Shown: in pieces, positions 1 to 13,214 of the stretch | Numbering within the stretch: position 1 is the stretch's first letter | Layout: every line of letters starts with the position of its first letter | Assembly (NCBI RefSeq): GCF_001194135.2 | Contig: NC_068995.1 | Coordinates: 22,992,414 to 23,049,581 of the forward strand | DNA: 57,168 nucleotides | Source of the DNA: Octopus bimaculoides | Lineage: Eukaryota | Direction of reading: 5' to 3' | The notes under the pieces: model-generated | What the model was told of the DNA's origin: nothing | Database searches by the model: none | The model's input: the letters and a program-made list of their open reading frames with translations, nothing else | Translations under genes and position numbers: made by a program

Positions 1-194
1 TGGAGGTCCACTTAGTGGTCATCCCTTATACACGTGTAATACAATTTTTTCTGAATTTTCAGATTTGTTATATGCTAGGCCATTTGGTTTTAAATTGAAT
101 TAATATTCAATTTATCATCCTATCTATATAAATATATATCACATACACACACGCACGTATGTACACCAATTGCATACATATTTTTTGTACGCAT

Positions 195-205
195 ACATGT
201 TCGTA

Positions 206-236
<31 letters not shown>

Positions 237-456
237 GCGTGTTGCCCGTATAGCAACAAAACACACAGACCTTGGCTTACATATATATACGGATAAATGA
301 TTTGAAATAAATATATTTTGGAAATGGCAATTTACTGTACAATACCTAGAAACGTGAACATCAGACCACATGGGTTTGTTTACATCAATTCGGCAGAGAT
401 AGAGAGAGCGCGTTCTCCCTCTCTATCTCTCTCCCTCCCTTACACACATTTATCTC

Positions 457-503
<47 letters not shown>

Positions 504-689
504 CTCTCTCTCCCTGTCTCACACACACAGCAACATTACACACACACACATGCTGCTCTCTCACACTAACAAAACAACTTCACATACACACCACACTTTC
601 TGTCTGGCATACTCACTATAAAAAGATAGCGTCTATTTCTTTTTGGCAACATGTGTTTTGTGTGTAATGTTGCTGTGTGTGTGTGTGTG

Positions 690-722
<33 letters not shown>

Positions 723-902
723 ACTTGCATGTGTATGTAAGGGAGGGAGAGATAGAGAGAGGGAGAGAGAAAGAGAGAGAGAGAGAGGGTATTTTTTTTC
801 TGTTTGATTGCTGCTTACCATACAGACACTTGCAAAGAAATGTATCTCTCCTTCACCCTCCCTCTCACAAACATAAATTTCTCTCTCTCTCTCTCTCTCT
901 CT
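195..902. repeat. Compound microsatellite cluster (TG, CT, CTTT, CA, GAAA, AG) running into an assembly gap
   Basis: Directly visible tandem di- and tetranucleotide runs; gap 903-1840 follows. Confidence 0.95.
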
Positions 903-2039
903 NNNNNNNNNNNNNNNNNNNNNNNNNNNNNNNNNNNNNNNNNNNNNNNNNNNNNNNNNNNNNNNNNNNNNNNNNNNNNNNNNNNNNNNNNNNNNNNNNN
1001 NNNNNNNNNNNNNNNNNNNNNNNNNNNNNNNNNNNNNNNNNNNNNNNNNNNNNNNNNNNNNNNNNNNNNNNNNNNNNNNNNNNNNNNNNNNNNNNNNNNN
1101 NNNNNNNNNNNNNNNNNNNNNNNNNNNNNNNNNNNNNNNNNNNNNNNNNNNNNNNNNNNNNNNNNNNNNNNNNNNNNNNNNNNNNNNNNNNNNNNNNNNN
1201 NNNNNNNNNNNNNNNNNNNNNNNNNNNNNNNNNNNNNNNNNNNNNNNNNNNNNNNNNNNNNNNNNNNNNNNNNNNNNNNNNNNNNNNNNNNNNNNNNNNN
1301 NNNNNNNNNNNNNNNNNNNNNNNNNNNNNNNNNNNNNNNNNNNNNNNNNNNNNNNNNNNNNNNNNNNNNNNNNNNNNNNNNNNNNNNNNNNNNNNNNNNN
1401 NNNNNNNNNNNNNNNNNNNNNNNNNNNNNNNNNNNNNNNNNNNNNNNNNNNNNNNNNNNNNNNNNNNNNNNNNNNNNNNNNNNNNNNNNNNNNNNNNNNN
1501 NNNNNNNNNNNNNNNNNNNNNNNNNNNNNNNNNNNNNNNNNNNNNNNNNNNNNNNNNNNNNNNNNNNNNNNNNNNNNNNNNNNNNNNNNNNNNNNNNNNN
1601 NNNNNNNNNNNNNNNNNNNNNNNNNNNNNNNNNNNNNNNNNNNNNNNNNNNNNNNNNNNNNNNNNNNNNNNNNNNNNNNNNNNNNNNNNNNNNNNNNNNN
1701 NNNNNNNNNNNNNNNNNNNNNNNNNNNNNNNNNNNNNNNNNNNNNNNNNNNNNNNNNNNNNNNNNNNNNNNNNNNNNNNNNNNNNNNNNNNNNNNNNNNN
1801 NNNNNNNNNNNNNNNNNNNNNNNNNNNNNNNNNNNNNNNNNATGGTAGTAGTGATTGAATTCTTGAGACATCTCTTTTGAATATTTTTATTATATAAAAT
1901 TTGCCCAGGTGTTATTCTACACAGCAATAGTAGTAAACTAAGAAAGGAGATGACGGAGAGGAAGAAGAAGAAGAAGATGGAAAAAGAGAAAGGAGAATAA
2001 GAAAGAATGTATTTAGTATGATAGTAGTAGGGTGTTAAA

Positions 2040-2777
2040 TGGTGAAGTGACCTAAACGTGGCTCATTGTGGATTATAGCAGTGATTGGGACTGTTTTTTA
2101 ATGAACTCTTGGGAATCTCTTGAGTGTATCATTTTTAATATTTGCGTGTGTGTTTGTGTTATTCTAAAGCCTTGGTGGATATGTCGTTTGTTGTAGACGC
2201 GTTTAAAAGGGGTCTGTATTTTGTAATAAAGAGAGTCTGTTTACTAATTCGTTGGCTACAGGTTGTAGAGCGGAAATATTCTGAAACTTGAATTTTTGTT
2301 GTTTGCTCAAACGTCGATGTGTTGGCTGAATGCTATTTTTCTGTTATGGGGAATTTTGATCTGGGATCTGTGCAGGGCCATTCTTTTACGTTCACTGTTT
2401 TTGTTCGGCCAGAGCAGGTTAGTGGGTATATCAGGTTCTCCGAAGCACAGGTGAAATTGCTTTTCATTGTGAAACGTTGTCCCTGTTTGAAGGAGAGCTC
2501 TGATCCCTCAATTAAATTGACACATATCCCACAGTTGTGTCGTCCGCATTTTTTTACAGACTGTTTCTGTGATGTTGTTGAGCGTATTCAGGCTTGTGTT
2601 AGGAGACTTTTCATAGATTTGGGTTGTCTCTTGCTTTTTATGATGGTGTGTGTTTGGAGGATTAAGTTCATTCTGTGGTCCTTTTTTAGCAGGGGAATGT
2701 TTTGAAGGATGGTGTGGAAGTCTTCATTGTTAAGAGGGTTGTGTGTGGAGATGTATGGTAGGGTTTTTGGTTGTAAA
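2040..2777 (-). mobile_element. Penelope-like element 3' fragment (Cys-rich linker + GIY-YIG endonuclease, decayed)
   Basis: Minus-strand translation QSVKKCGRHNCGICVNLIEGSELSFKQGQRFTMKSNFTCASENLIYPLTCSG matches the CxxxxCxxC ... FTCxSxNxIYxxxC pattern preceding PLE GIY-YIG domains; stops and frameshifts present; AC-rich 3' UTR. Confidence 0.85.
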
Positions 2778-4685
2778 GATATATATATATTTATATATAC
2801 ATGTACTTATATATACATATATGTATATACATACATACATGCATGCATATATACATACATACATACATACATATATACATAAGTACATATGCTCATATGA
2901 TTAAACATATATGTACGTGTATATAAACGTGCATACATATAGACATACACACACATATATAAATATTTATGTGTGTGTGTGTGTGCGCGCGTGTTTGTTT
3001 TTGATTTTTGTGTATATGTTTCTAAAGCAAGGAAAAATTGAGAGATGCTTGGTGAAAGTTGATGACTTTTATGGAGTAAGCCAATATAAAATGTTTGTTT
3101 GAATTGTGATGATATTGTGTATTGAGTTCATTATTGAAAGAAATTTGATGACTATAATATAAATGGCTCACTAATTTGCTATACTGAGATCGACTCCTAT
3201 TAAAGACCCACAATTGCCAAAGAACGCCAAGCGATTATGTACCATTATGTACCAGTATCTTCGGTATGACTATTTCCTTGAATAGCTCTAAACTTAGAGC
3301 GATTGTGCAGACGTCATACTTATAGATCGTTTCCATTTCATTACCTTGTTTCTGTTAGATATTACACCGATTTACTTGGAATCTTGTTGATCCATTGATG
3401 CGTGTTACAAATTTAAATGACGAGACAGTATTCTTGTTTACTCGAATGATATATATTCCTGCTGACCGTGTGTGCTTGGTTGAAATTCTTCAGTTTGATA
3501 TTCAGATGCATGATTAGAAATCATATCACGTTCATTTGATACGTCTAGCAACAGGAATCTGTTTTAATTAGACAATCCGTCACCTCAGGTCCTTACCATT
3601 TCCTGAAACAACTGTTCAGCGATATTCAATACAAACCAGAATGCTCCACAGGCCTTCGTATAAACTTGAATATATAAATACATACTATTCAAAATCGTTT
3701 GTGAACTTTTCTCTTGGCAGATATGAGGATATATTACGATGTGTTCATATTGCCAAGCATATACAAAATATTTGAACAAAAGGTAATATACAATTTCTAT
3801 ACATATCTGATACAAAAGTAGGTACAATCACATATCCAATCACATAAGATAAATTCTACTAATACTATAAGCACACAACCAGCAATTATCATAATAGATG
3901 CACATATAGATGCACAAAATAGACAACACATACAGACCTGTGAATACGTTTTTGTTGTCATGCATATGTATACATAACCATATATATAGTTGACGTCACA
4001 CACACAAGCACACATACACATATAGATACACACATTCATATATATGTATACGTATACATATTCTTATAATGGCCTATAGAAATACATATATGCAAACGTA
4101 TTCATAAAATTGTATGCATGTGCATGGGGATGGGGGTACCAAAACGGAGAAGAAATAACAATGGTTATAGATATTCCATTCATCACCTTACTCAGACAAA
4201 AAAATTATGCAATATGGAAGAGGGACGACGTTGTATACTTTATCACTATTGCAAACGGCTGGGAACTGTCTATGGATGCATGCAATAAAGGATCTCTGAC
4301 GTAATGACTTTCAGTTGGCAGGTGCATATCGTAAAGTTTCTATAATACATTATCATACCGTTGTGACAATCAGACACAGATTGCATTATCTCACTAGGTT
4401 TTATTCTAAAAAAGCTGTGATCACCTTCAGCTATCAAAAGCAAACGCTTTACTGGATAAGCGATAAGTAATTATCCCTTTTTATGCAAGTACAATAACTT
4501 AACTATTTTAGAGATTGTTCAATTATTAGCGGACCAGGTGTCCGAGATTGCTGACTTCCATATATCACACTGAAATTATACGTGCATACATACATACATA
4601 CATACATACATACATACATACATACATACATACATACATGCATGCATACATGCATACATGCATACATGCATACANNNNNNNNNNA

Positions 4686-6380
4686 CAAAAGATGTACGTT
4701 GGAGTTTGGTCAGAATAAATGTTGTATGGCTGTGAAACAGGGGAAAACTATAAACCAGACTATTAACATTTCCGTCAATAATTTGACTGTTTCCCCTGTA
4801 TCTGACGAGGAATGTTACAGGCATCTAGGGGTGGAAGAAAATATATCTTACAATGGCACCAGTAACAAAACACGTGTCACTAAAGAATATTACAGCCGAA
4901 TAGAGAAAATTCGAACGTAAGAACTCTCTGCAGGCAATAAAACAGTGGCCCACAATGTGTTTGCAGTGCCAGTACTCATACCAACATTTATTGGACGCTT
5001 GATGAGATCCGAGGGATTGATGTAAAAGCCCGAAAAAAATTATCAAGCACACATAATTTCCACATAAAGAGTGACGCAGATCGCCTCTACCTAAAACGTT
5101 AACAAGGCGGTAGAGGCTTAACATCAATCCAAATGCTTTTGAATGTCGCATCATATCCCTTCGGCAACATCTTTTAACCACCAAACGTCGAAATGCATCC
5201 CTTGGCCACGTTTGCATACATGAAGCTGATAACATCATAAGACTTCGAAGGCAACTCATAAGACTTAGAATGCAGCTCATTTAGCGACACTTTTTGTCTG
5301 ATAACCTAGGATACATGCCCAAAGAAGGCGCACGAATCTACCGCAACATATCATTAGATGGAAGGGTGAGCCTATATGAGCAGAAGACTATGCATGGTAA
5401 ATATTTTTAGAAAGCTCCATGATGATAGTAACATCGATCATCAAAGCAAGTTATCATGAACGAATAGCCGGATTACTACCCTCCACTTTGAAGGGTATGC
5501 GCTTGTAATCCAGGAACAAGAAAATATCAACCAAGTACCTGATGCACAAAAGAGATAGAGATGCAGGAAAAGCCGTAAAATGTGGCAGCCGATGCAGACT
5601 TTTTGGAGTTCACACTGAAGATATTACCCACATCATAAGCAGTTGTCCGAAAATGTCATCACGGTATTATCTACCAATGAGACATGACGTTGTAGCCAGG
5701 ACACTCTATAATGAAATCCGTCGGAAGGATAACTGGAGAACAAAGAAATAAGAAACCACTTGTGGTAGAAGCCATAGTCACACATAATAAAACGGAATAC
5801 TGATGGAATGTACAAGAGAAAATCTGAAAGATGTAAGCAAAACAAACCTGATATAATGATTTGGAATAGAGAAGAGTTACTGTGCACATTGTGGAAATTA
5901 GCTGCCCAGCGGATGTTAACATAAAGCTGAAGATCAGTGAGAAAGAGAACACCTACACTGAACTATCGAGAAATCAGCAGTTACTCTATCCAGATTACAA
6001 TTCAGGTTTATACCTATTATTATTGGGGGCTCTTGAATATTTAACATACTGCCTAATTACCAATCTTCAGGAATTAGGCTTTTCAAAATCAGAAAAGAAA
6101 CAGCTAATTCGAAGACTATAGATCCAATCCATCACTGAATATGTAAAAATCTGTAAACCTGTCCAGAAGTTTATCATTTAAAAAATATATGAACATATCT
6201 AAATATGCAACTATATGCATGAGAATAGATATATAAAACATATAAATCTGCGAATACATACATACATACATAAAAAAATAACCTGTTGTTGATGTTGAAA
6301 TTCTAATGATGGAACCTTGGATCTAGGTTAGAAACTGGTTCTTTCTCTATTGGCAACAAATCTTAAAACAAACTGAACAA
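4686..6380 (+). mobile_element. R4/Dong-type non-LTR retrotransposon (late RT/thumb, CCHC knuckle, restriction-like endonuclease, 3' UTR), 5'-truncated and decayed
   Basis: Translated pieces: EFGQNKC...YRHLGVEE; DADRLYLKR.QGGRGL; CRLFGVHTEDITHIISSCPKMSSRYYLPMRHD (knuckle + RHD); KPDIMIW..VEISCP..KISEKENTY (PD-ExK-type nuclease). Multiple stops and frameshifts. Confidence 0.9.
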
Positions 6381-6449
6381 TGAAATATATACATACAGAC
6401 AGACAGTCATGCAGGCAGACAGTCACACAGACAGACAGGCCACTACTTT

Positions 6450-6730
6450 GGAACATTCAGCTTCGATATCTGGATTACAAATTTACATTCATACCAATAA
6501 TAATTGATGCAGTTGGTTTTGTAAGTAAACGTCTAAATGTAACTGGGGATAAGCTTGGTTTCTTAATCAACCAACTGACTCGCACATTACAAATACATGC
6601 TTTAAGCGGAACTGTAAAAGTATGGAAGACTTTTCTCAGTTTTAAAATATGACATTGTTTTCGCTAACAACATTCCAACGATGGAGGTTTGCATCTGTAT
6701 TAGGAAGAATTTAAATAAAGAAAACAGAAA
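6450..6730 (+). mobile_element. Second R4/Dong-like 3' terminal fragment
   Basis: LRYLDYKFTFIPIIIDAVG...LQIHALSGTVKVWKTFLSF* parallels the C-terminus of the adjacent element; related 3' UTR. Confidence 0.75.
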
Positions 6731-7243
6731 AGAACATACATACATACAAATATGCATACATGCAAGCATTCGTGCATGCATGTATGTACATACATACACA
6801 TGCGTGTGTGTTTCTGTACATATGTAAGGTATGTATATGTACATACAATTGTATGTATATCTACGTACACTTGCATGTGTGTGTAAATACACGTATGTAT
6901 TGTATTTATTTAGGTACGTTCATATATTTAATTGTATACTTTAGTAGATAAGTTTTGTGCATCATTATTCATATGCCATAGTGTTATATACAAAAGCATT
7001 TTCAGTTTTCTTTCGGACTGACAAATAAATTTTATTGCATTATTAACCGCCTAAAATTCGCATCATCCATTCAAAGTTTGAAAATCGGAAAATAAGATGA
7101 TGAACACTTGGATAGTTTGAGAAGTAAATGGTGTTTCAACATTAAAATTTAACCATCTGTCTGAGTAGCAACCAACTGATCTATGTTCAAAAACGTTCAT
7201 ATTTTATTCAAATGCGCCATTAATGTCTGAACTCTTCTACCAT

Positions 7244-7302
<59 letters not shown>

Positions 7303-8212
7303 CATAGACACATATCGGTGTGTGCATGTGTGTAAGCTAGTGTGTGTCTCTGTGTGAATACATATGTTATAACTATATTTGTATTTGTATTTATAAGTCT
7401 GCGTCTGTGTGTGTGTGTGTGCGTGTGTGTGCGTTTATGTGTAAAAGGAAAACAATGAGAGTGAAAGAGGGGAAATGATGCTGACAAGTAGCCATCTGGA
7501 AATTTCGGTATAGTGACTTGATCTATAAAGTTATGAACACGGAACGCTATTATTTTCCATTTGCTGGTCCATAAATAAATAGACACCTTTAATTCAACGG
7601 TATATGTTAAATTAAAGTAGGAACTATTACAGCTAAATGTTATATTCTTTAATTTGTTTGAGGCCTCATTGCTAAATCAATGTTAAAACATCATTTCGAC
7701 ATCTAAGTGTTGCCTTCAGTTGGCCATTTATTTAACTCTTCCAAAAGAGTCTAAATTTGGTGTCTATAACATGAATAAATCTCTTTATCTGTACAATCAA
7801 AAAGCTGGGGAAACGGACACGGCTGTTGCACACAGGGATATTTGCAGTTACAGATGAGAGGCGCTATTCTACAATGTCTGCATCTATTTCTCTGAGTATA
7901 AGACATTAGACTCTTAATTTGTTTGTACATGGTAATTATGGAATGATTCCATTTCACGCTTCAAATTTCAACTATTTGTCTCACTGTGTGTATACCGTAA
8001 AATTATTGGTTGCGGTTTCTTAAAAGAAGTGAATCTACTGAATTTTTTGCCAGCCAAAACACGGTTTTCTAAATGTTTATTGCACCTGATCTATAGAAAC
8101 AAAATAGTCAAATGGTACTAATGCAGCAATTGTATATAGTTCTTAATACATGTAGCATAACGATGACCTGATAAAATGGTTGACGCGTCGAAATAGGTAC
8201 TGAGCGTCTTTT

Positions 8213-8338
8213 CTTGCACATGGTTCCGGGTTCAGTCCCACTGCGTGGTATCTTGGCCAAGTGCCTTCTACTATAGCTTCGGGCCGACCAAAGCCTTCTG
8301 AGTGGATTTGGTAGACGGAAATTGAAAGAAGCTCGTCG

Positions 8339-8410
<72 letters not shown>

Positions 8411-8650
8411 TATATGTGTGTATGTGTGTGTATATGTGTGTATGTGTGCGTATGTGTCTGTGTTTGTCCCCCCAACATAGCTTGACAACTGATGGTGGTG
8501 TGTTTACGTCCCCGTAACGTACCGGTTCGGCAAAAGAAACATTTTGGAGTTCATATGTCACCAAGGTCGACTTTGCATTTTATCCTTTCGGAGTCAATAC
8601 ACTACGTACAAGTTGAGCATTGGGGTCGATGTAATCGTCTTACACCCCTC
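8213..8650 (+). mobile_element. tRNA-derived SINE (family A), joined to a family B SINE fragment at about 8545
   Basis: B-box-like GGTTCAGTCCC and body nearly identical to the 9223-9640 copy; internal (TA)n(TG)n; 3' part matches the family B copies at 35750 and 37399. Confidence 0.85.
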
Positions 8651-9222
8651 TCCACAAAGCTGTTTGCTTTATGCAAAATTTGAAACCAAAATAATTTTAA
8701 TGGCTTCCATAAATAAGAGAGGAACCTGTGGGCAGGTCCTGAAACACTGTAAAAACAATTTGGTAAGAAATCAAATAATTTACAAACAACATTCGCTTGC
8801 TAAATAAAACTAATATAATTTCGAGTTTTACAGCAACATCGGCAGAATTCGTTCAGAATGTTTTGGAAATTTCTTAATTTATCTGTGATGCAACTTTCAT
8901 ATTACTTTTCAACTGAAAAAGCTAAATATGCCAGCTTGGCACTATAGCTAACTCCAATTAGCGAATACGCTAGAAACCAAAAATCTTGAAATAAATGTAA
9001 AATAAAGAATAATAATGACTAAGATCAACAAACTCCATGCTACTATAAACAGTTTTATACGTTGAAAATAACCCATTCCGATATTTGCTAATATACATGA
9101 TCAAATTTTACTCAATGAAACGTTTGCTAATTTTTGTTCTTTGTACAATTAAAGTTAATTTGATTTCCTGAAGAAGTAACATTATGGACTAACGGATTTG
9201 TTTTAAAAATGTATATAAAATA

Positions 9223-9640
9223 GGTGCAGCAGTAGCTGTGTGGTATGTAGCTTGCTTATCAACCACATGGTTCCGGTTTCATTCCCATTGCGTGGCACCT
9301 TGGGCAAGTATCTTCTACTCTAGCCTCGGGCCGACCAATGCCTTGTGAGCGGATTTGGTAGATGGAAACTGAAAGAAGCCCGTCGTATATATGTATATAT
9401 ATATGTGGGTGTGTGTGTGTGTATATGTTTGTGTGTCTGTGTTTGTCCCCCCAACATCACTTGACAACCGATGCTGGTGTGTTTACGTCCCCGTAACTTA
9501 GCGGTTCGGCAACAGAGACTGATAGAATAAGCACTAGGCTTCCAAAGAATAAATCCTGGGGTTCATTTGCTCGACTAAAGGCGGTGCTCCAGCATGACCG
9601 CAGTCAAATGACTGAAACAAGTAAAAGAGCAAAAGAGTAA
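9223..9640 (+). mobile_element. Full-length tRNA-derived SINE (family A; consistent with octopus OK/OR-type SINEs, subfamily not assigned)
   Basis: tRNA-like head (A-box-like TAGCTGTGTGG, B-box-like GGTTTCATTCCC), conserved body, 3' stem-loop CAGTC-AAAT-GACTG and A-rich tail; multiple homologous copies in the window. Confidence 0.9.
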
Positions 9641-9667
9641 ATGTAACACGTAATGATACTGATAACT

Positions 9668-10267
9668 GTTTTACTTGTTTCAGTCATTTGACTGCNNNNN
9701 NNNNNNNNNNNNNNNNNNNNNNNNNNNNNNNNNNNNNNNNNNNNNNNNNNNNNNNNNNNNNNNNNNNNNNNNNNNNNNNNNNNNNNNNNNNNNNNNNNNN
9801 NNNNNNNNNNNNNNNNNNNNNNNNNNNNNNNNNNNNNNNNNNNNNNNNNNNNNNNNNNNNNNNNNNNNNNNNNNNNNNNNNNNNNNNNNNNNNNNNNNNN
9901 NNNNNNNNNNNNNNNNNNNNNNNNNNNNNNNNNNNNNNNNNNNNNNNNNNNNNNNNNNNNNNNNNNNNNNNNNNNNNNNNNNNNNNNNNNNNNNNNNNNN
10001 NNNNNNNNNNNNNNNNNNNNNNNNNNNNNNNNNNNNNNNNNNNNNNNNNNNNNNNNNNNNNNNNNNNNNNNNNNNNNNNNNNNNNNNNNNNNNNNNNNNN
10101 NNATATATATACGACGGGCTTCTTTCAGTTTCCGTGTACCAAATCCACTAGCAAGGCATTGATCGGCCCGAGGCTATAGTAGAAGACACTTGCCTAAGGT
10201 GCCACACAGTGGGAATGAACCCGTAACCATGTGGTCGGTAAGCAAGATACTTACTACACAGCCACTT
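9668..10267 (-). mobile_element. Family A SINE, inverted relative to the neighbouring copy; interior lies in a gap
   Basis: 9668-9695 is the reverse complement of the SINE tail; 10103-10267 is the reverse complement of the head; gap 9696-10102. Confidence 0.85.
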
Positions 10268-10516
10268 TCTTAAAAACCATGTTATAGATAGTTTTAAGAA
10301 AGTTGAAGGTCATTGTTAGGGAACAGGAATGAATCTGTTATACTTCAGTAAGACAATCTAGCAAGTTACATACTCAGAACTGTTTAGGATTGTATAATGC
10401 CTGCATGTCTACAAAAAAGACTAAAGCAATGTAAGTAGAAGCGAAGAAGTGAATTTATCTCTGTAACATTTGTGGACAGATATGAATTAAATAAATTCCA
10501 ATTAAAGCCAGTTTCG

Positions 10517-10716
10517 GAGAAACATAAAGCCCCGCAATCTTTTATACAGACTTAGAGTCTTCGAGTCCAGCCTCATACGTATATTAACTTCACTTAGCAG
10601 GTATAAAATTCTCTTTAGATACTCAGACTAAATGGATGATGAATCAATAACAGTGCTGGAACAAGTGAAACAACATAGGATAGCTTTCCATTTAATATTT
10701 ATGAATAGTGAGCATT
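10517..10716 (+). repeat. ~200-bp direct repeat, copy 1
   Basis: Aligns to 11747-11952 with about 7 substitutions and one 6-bp indel (by eye). Confidence 0.95.
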
Positions 10717-10723
10717 GCCAAAT

Positions 10724-10958
10724 TCTTCTTCTTCTTCTTCTTCTTCTTCTTCTTCTTCTTCTTCTTCTTCTTCTTCTTCTTCTTCTTCTTCATCTTCTTC
10801 TTCTTCTTCTTCTTCTTCTTCTTCTTCTTCTTCTTCTTCTTCTTCTTCTTCTTCTTCTTCTTCTTCTTCTTCATCGTCGTCATCATCATCATCATCATCA
10901 GCATCATCATCATCATCATCATCATCATGTTCATCATCATCTTCATCATCATCATCAT
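10724..10958. repeat. (CTT)n then (CAT)n trinucleotide microsatellite
   Basis: Directly visible; source of the homopolymer ORFs in the track. Confidence 0.97.
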
Positions 10959-11746
10959 CTGCATTCCCCGTCGGTGAAAAGGACAAGAATGACACGAGTG
11001 AATTCACAAAATCCAAGCTCATACCTCTAGCGTCGAAAATACAGGAAGGTGGAGGCAGTCCATTTTACAATGCAGAATTATTCTAGATCTATAGTGTTCA
11101 TTGACTGGACCTACGCGGCTCTTCCCCTATCGGTAGGTCTCATATTAATTTTCTATGTATATTCTTGATTTTGTGTCGCCACTCCATTTCTGAGCCGACT
11201 GCGCGTAATCAGCAAATATCTTTGCAAATTCAGCAGGCATGCATATTTTCTTCCTTAATCCAAAGTATTTATATCTATTGTTCATGTGAAAAAGGTATGA
11301 AGATTAAATCTACTGAAGACCGACACAGCAACCCAGCTTTAATCACATACATGTATGTATATATTCAATGAATATATATATATATATGTATATATATACA
11401 ATGATTATAAATGGAAACAGCTATAGGAAGAATTGATAAACAATATATTAATAAATTATTATTAACCGCTAACTATATTTTCTTCTCTTAATTTAATGCG
11501 AATTATATACTTGATATATAACTATTGACTTAGGGAAATGTTATTTCCTAAATATATAAGGTATAGAACCAGTGTCTTCTTGGATGTAATCATCCCTTTA
11601 AGAAGTTAATATATCCTCTAATTATANNNNNNNNNNATATATATATAACACGGGAAATTTGCAAACGTGCAATTATAAATTTAAATTTAGGGAAGCAAGC
11701 AATGTCGAGTACTAATGACTTAATAGATGAAAAGTACGTATTTGGT

Positions 11747-11952
11747 GAGAGACATAAAGCCCCGCAGTCTTTTATACAGACTTAGAGTCTTCGAGTCCAG
11801 CCTCGTATGTATATTAACTTGGACTTCACTTAGCAGGTATAAAATTCTCTTTAGATACTCAGACTAAATGGATGATGAATCAGTAACAGTGCTGGAACAA
11901 GAGAAACAACATAGGATAGCGTTCCATTTAATATTTATGAATAGTGAGCATT
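11747..11952 (+). repeat. ~200-bp direct repeat, copy 2
   Basis: Aligns to 10517-10716; carries an extra GGACTT. Confidence 0.95.
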
Positions 11953-13108
11953 ACAGGGATTGTAATAGAAATTATAATCTTGTCTACCACATACATCGGT
12001 TTCTCCAAGGAAAGCGTTTTTGGTGTTTTCATAAAAATGGAATAATAAATATTTGAAGCGTGCTTGTAAGCTATAAAACTTATGTATAATATATTCTGAA
12101 ATGCTGAGACTTTGGAATCGTCAAACTTACATGGCAATTGTACATTTGCCGAACGACTCATTCTTTGGTATATAGAACAAAATCTATTTATTTTTAATCT
12201 ATATATAATATTCCATATCAGACAGCATATATAATTCAATTTTGCTTGAAAAGTTATTTCGTCGGGTAAGAAAAACTATTCTGTTTTTTGAAAGATGAGT
12301 CTAAATATCATCCGCTTTTATTGCAATATAAGACTGAGGTAAAACTTTTCCTCTATCGGCACTTTGGCACAGTAGGATGTCAGTTTTGTGATACAGTTAT
12401 GTATATATTAATGTAAATGAAACTATGTATAAAAAGAATTTATATATGGATATATGTAAATATATCCCTATATCTCGTCAGTTACAAGATAAAGATCAAT
12501 ATCAAGAAACAGACAATGATAGAGAGGGGGAGAGAGAGAGATACGGAGAGGACGAGACCGGACAGTGAAAGGATGATAGAAATGGTAAGAATACCCAACC
12601 ACTCATCTGGAGTAAAAACGTAATTACAAATTTCGTTACGTTTGGAGAATATTAAGATGTGTATGACAACGGAAACATATAGGACAGAAATAAACGAGCA
12701 AGATGAAACTCAACGGAGAAAATTATGTAGAATAGTGCAGTTGAACTAGAAATGTCATCCTTTGAATAGGCACAAATACAAAGAGAATACTAGCACAAGT
12801 TTTATGCATGTGTATATATGTTGAAATATATCTACTGGTGTGTGGTGTGTGCTCCGTACGTCCGTGTAGATTGGATGTTCTACTCCCTTCAGTAGGCAAA
12901 ATCTTATCACTTTTCGTTGGCGATTGTTATATGATTGAATTTATTTTCTTTCAAATTTTGTTTTAATAAGAGGTTCTTTAGCAACCGCATTCGAGTCTAG
13001 CTGGATATTATGATTATGAAGTAGTAGATGTTGCTAACTTCATGAAGAAGGAAATACACGAAAGAATATAATGAGTATATTGCTTTACAATAAAGAGTTT
13101 ATCCTCTA

Positions 13109-13109
13109 C

Positions 13110-13159
<50 letters not shown>

Positions 13160-13208
13160 AAGTAGTAGTAGTAGTAGTAGTAGCAGCAGCAGTAGTAGTA
13201 GTAGTAGT
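13109..13208. repeat. (AGT)n microsatellite
   Basis: Directly visible. Confidence 0.97.
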
Positions 13209-13214
13209 GGATTT

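Noticed and set aside
3330-3660. Two short minus-strand open segments with a GTAAGG donor
   Set aside because: Weak acceptors, an implied intron of only ~38 nt, and no recognisable protein.
9223-9300. tRNA gene (also at 35850-35926)
   Set aside because: Pol III boxes are present, but these are SINE heads fused to repeat bodies with no complete cloverleaf.
10632-10680. ATGATGA...GAAA in the 200-bp direct repeat as a retrozyme hammerhead
   Set aside because: Core C is missing and there is no stem II, stem III or NUH pairing.
10632-11086. Poly-L/H, poly-E/D, poly-K, poly-S and poly-F ORFs
   Set aside because: All frames of one (CTT)n(CAT)n microsatellite; no supporting gene structure.
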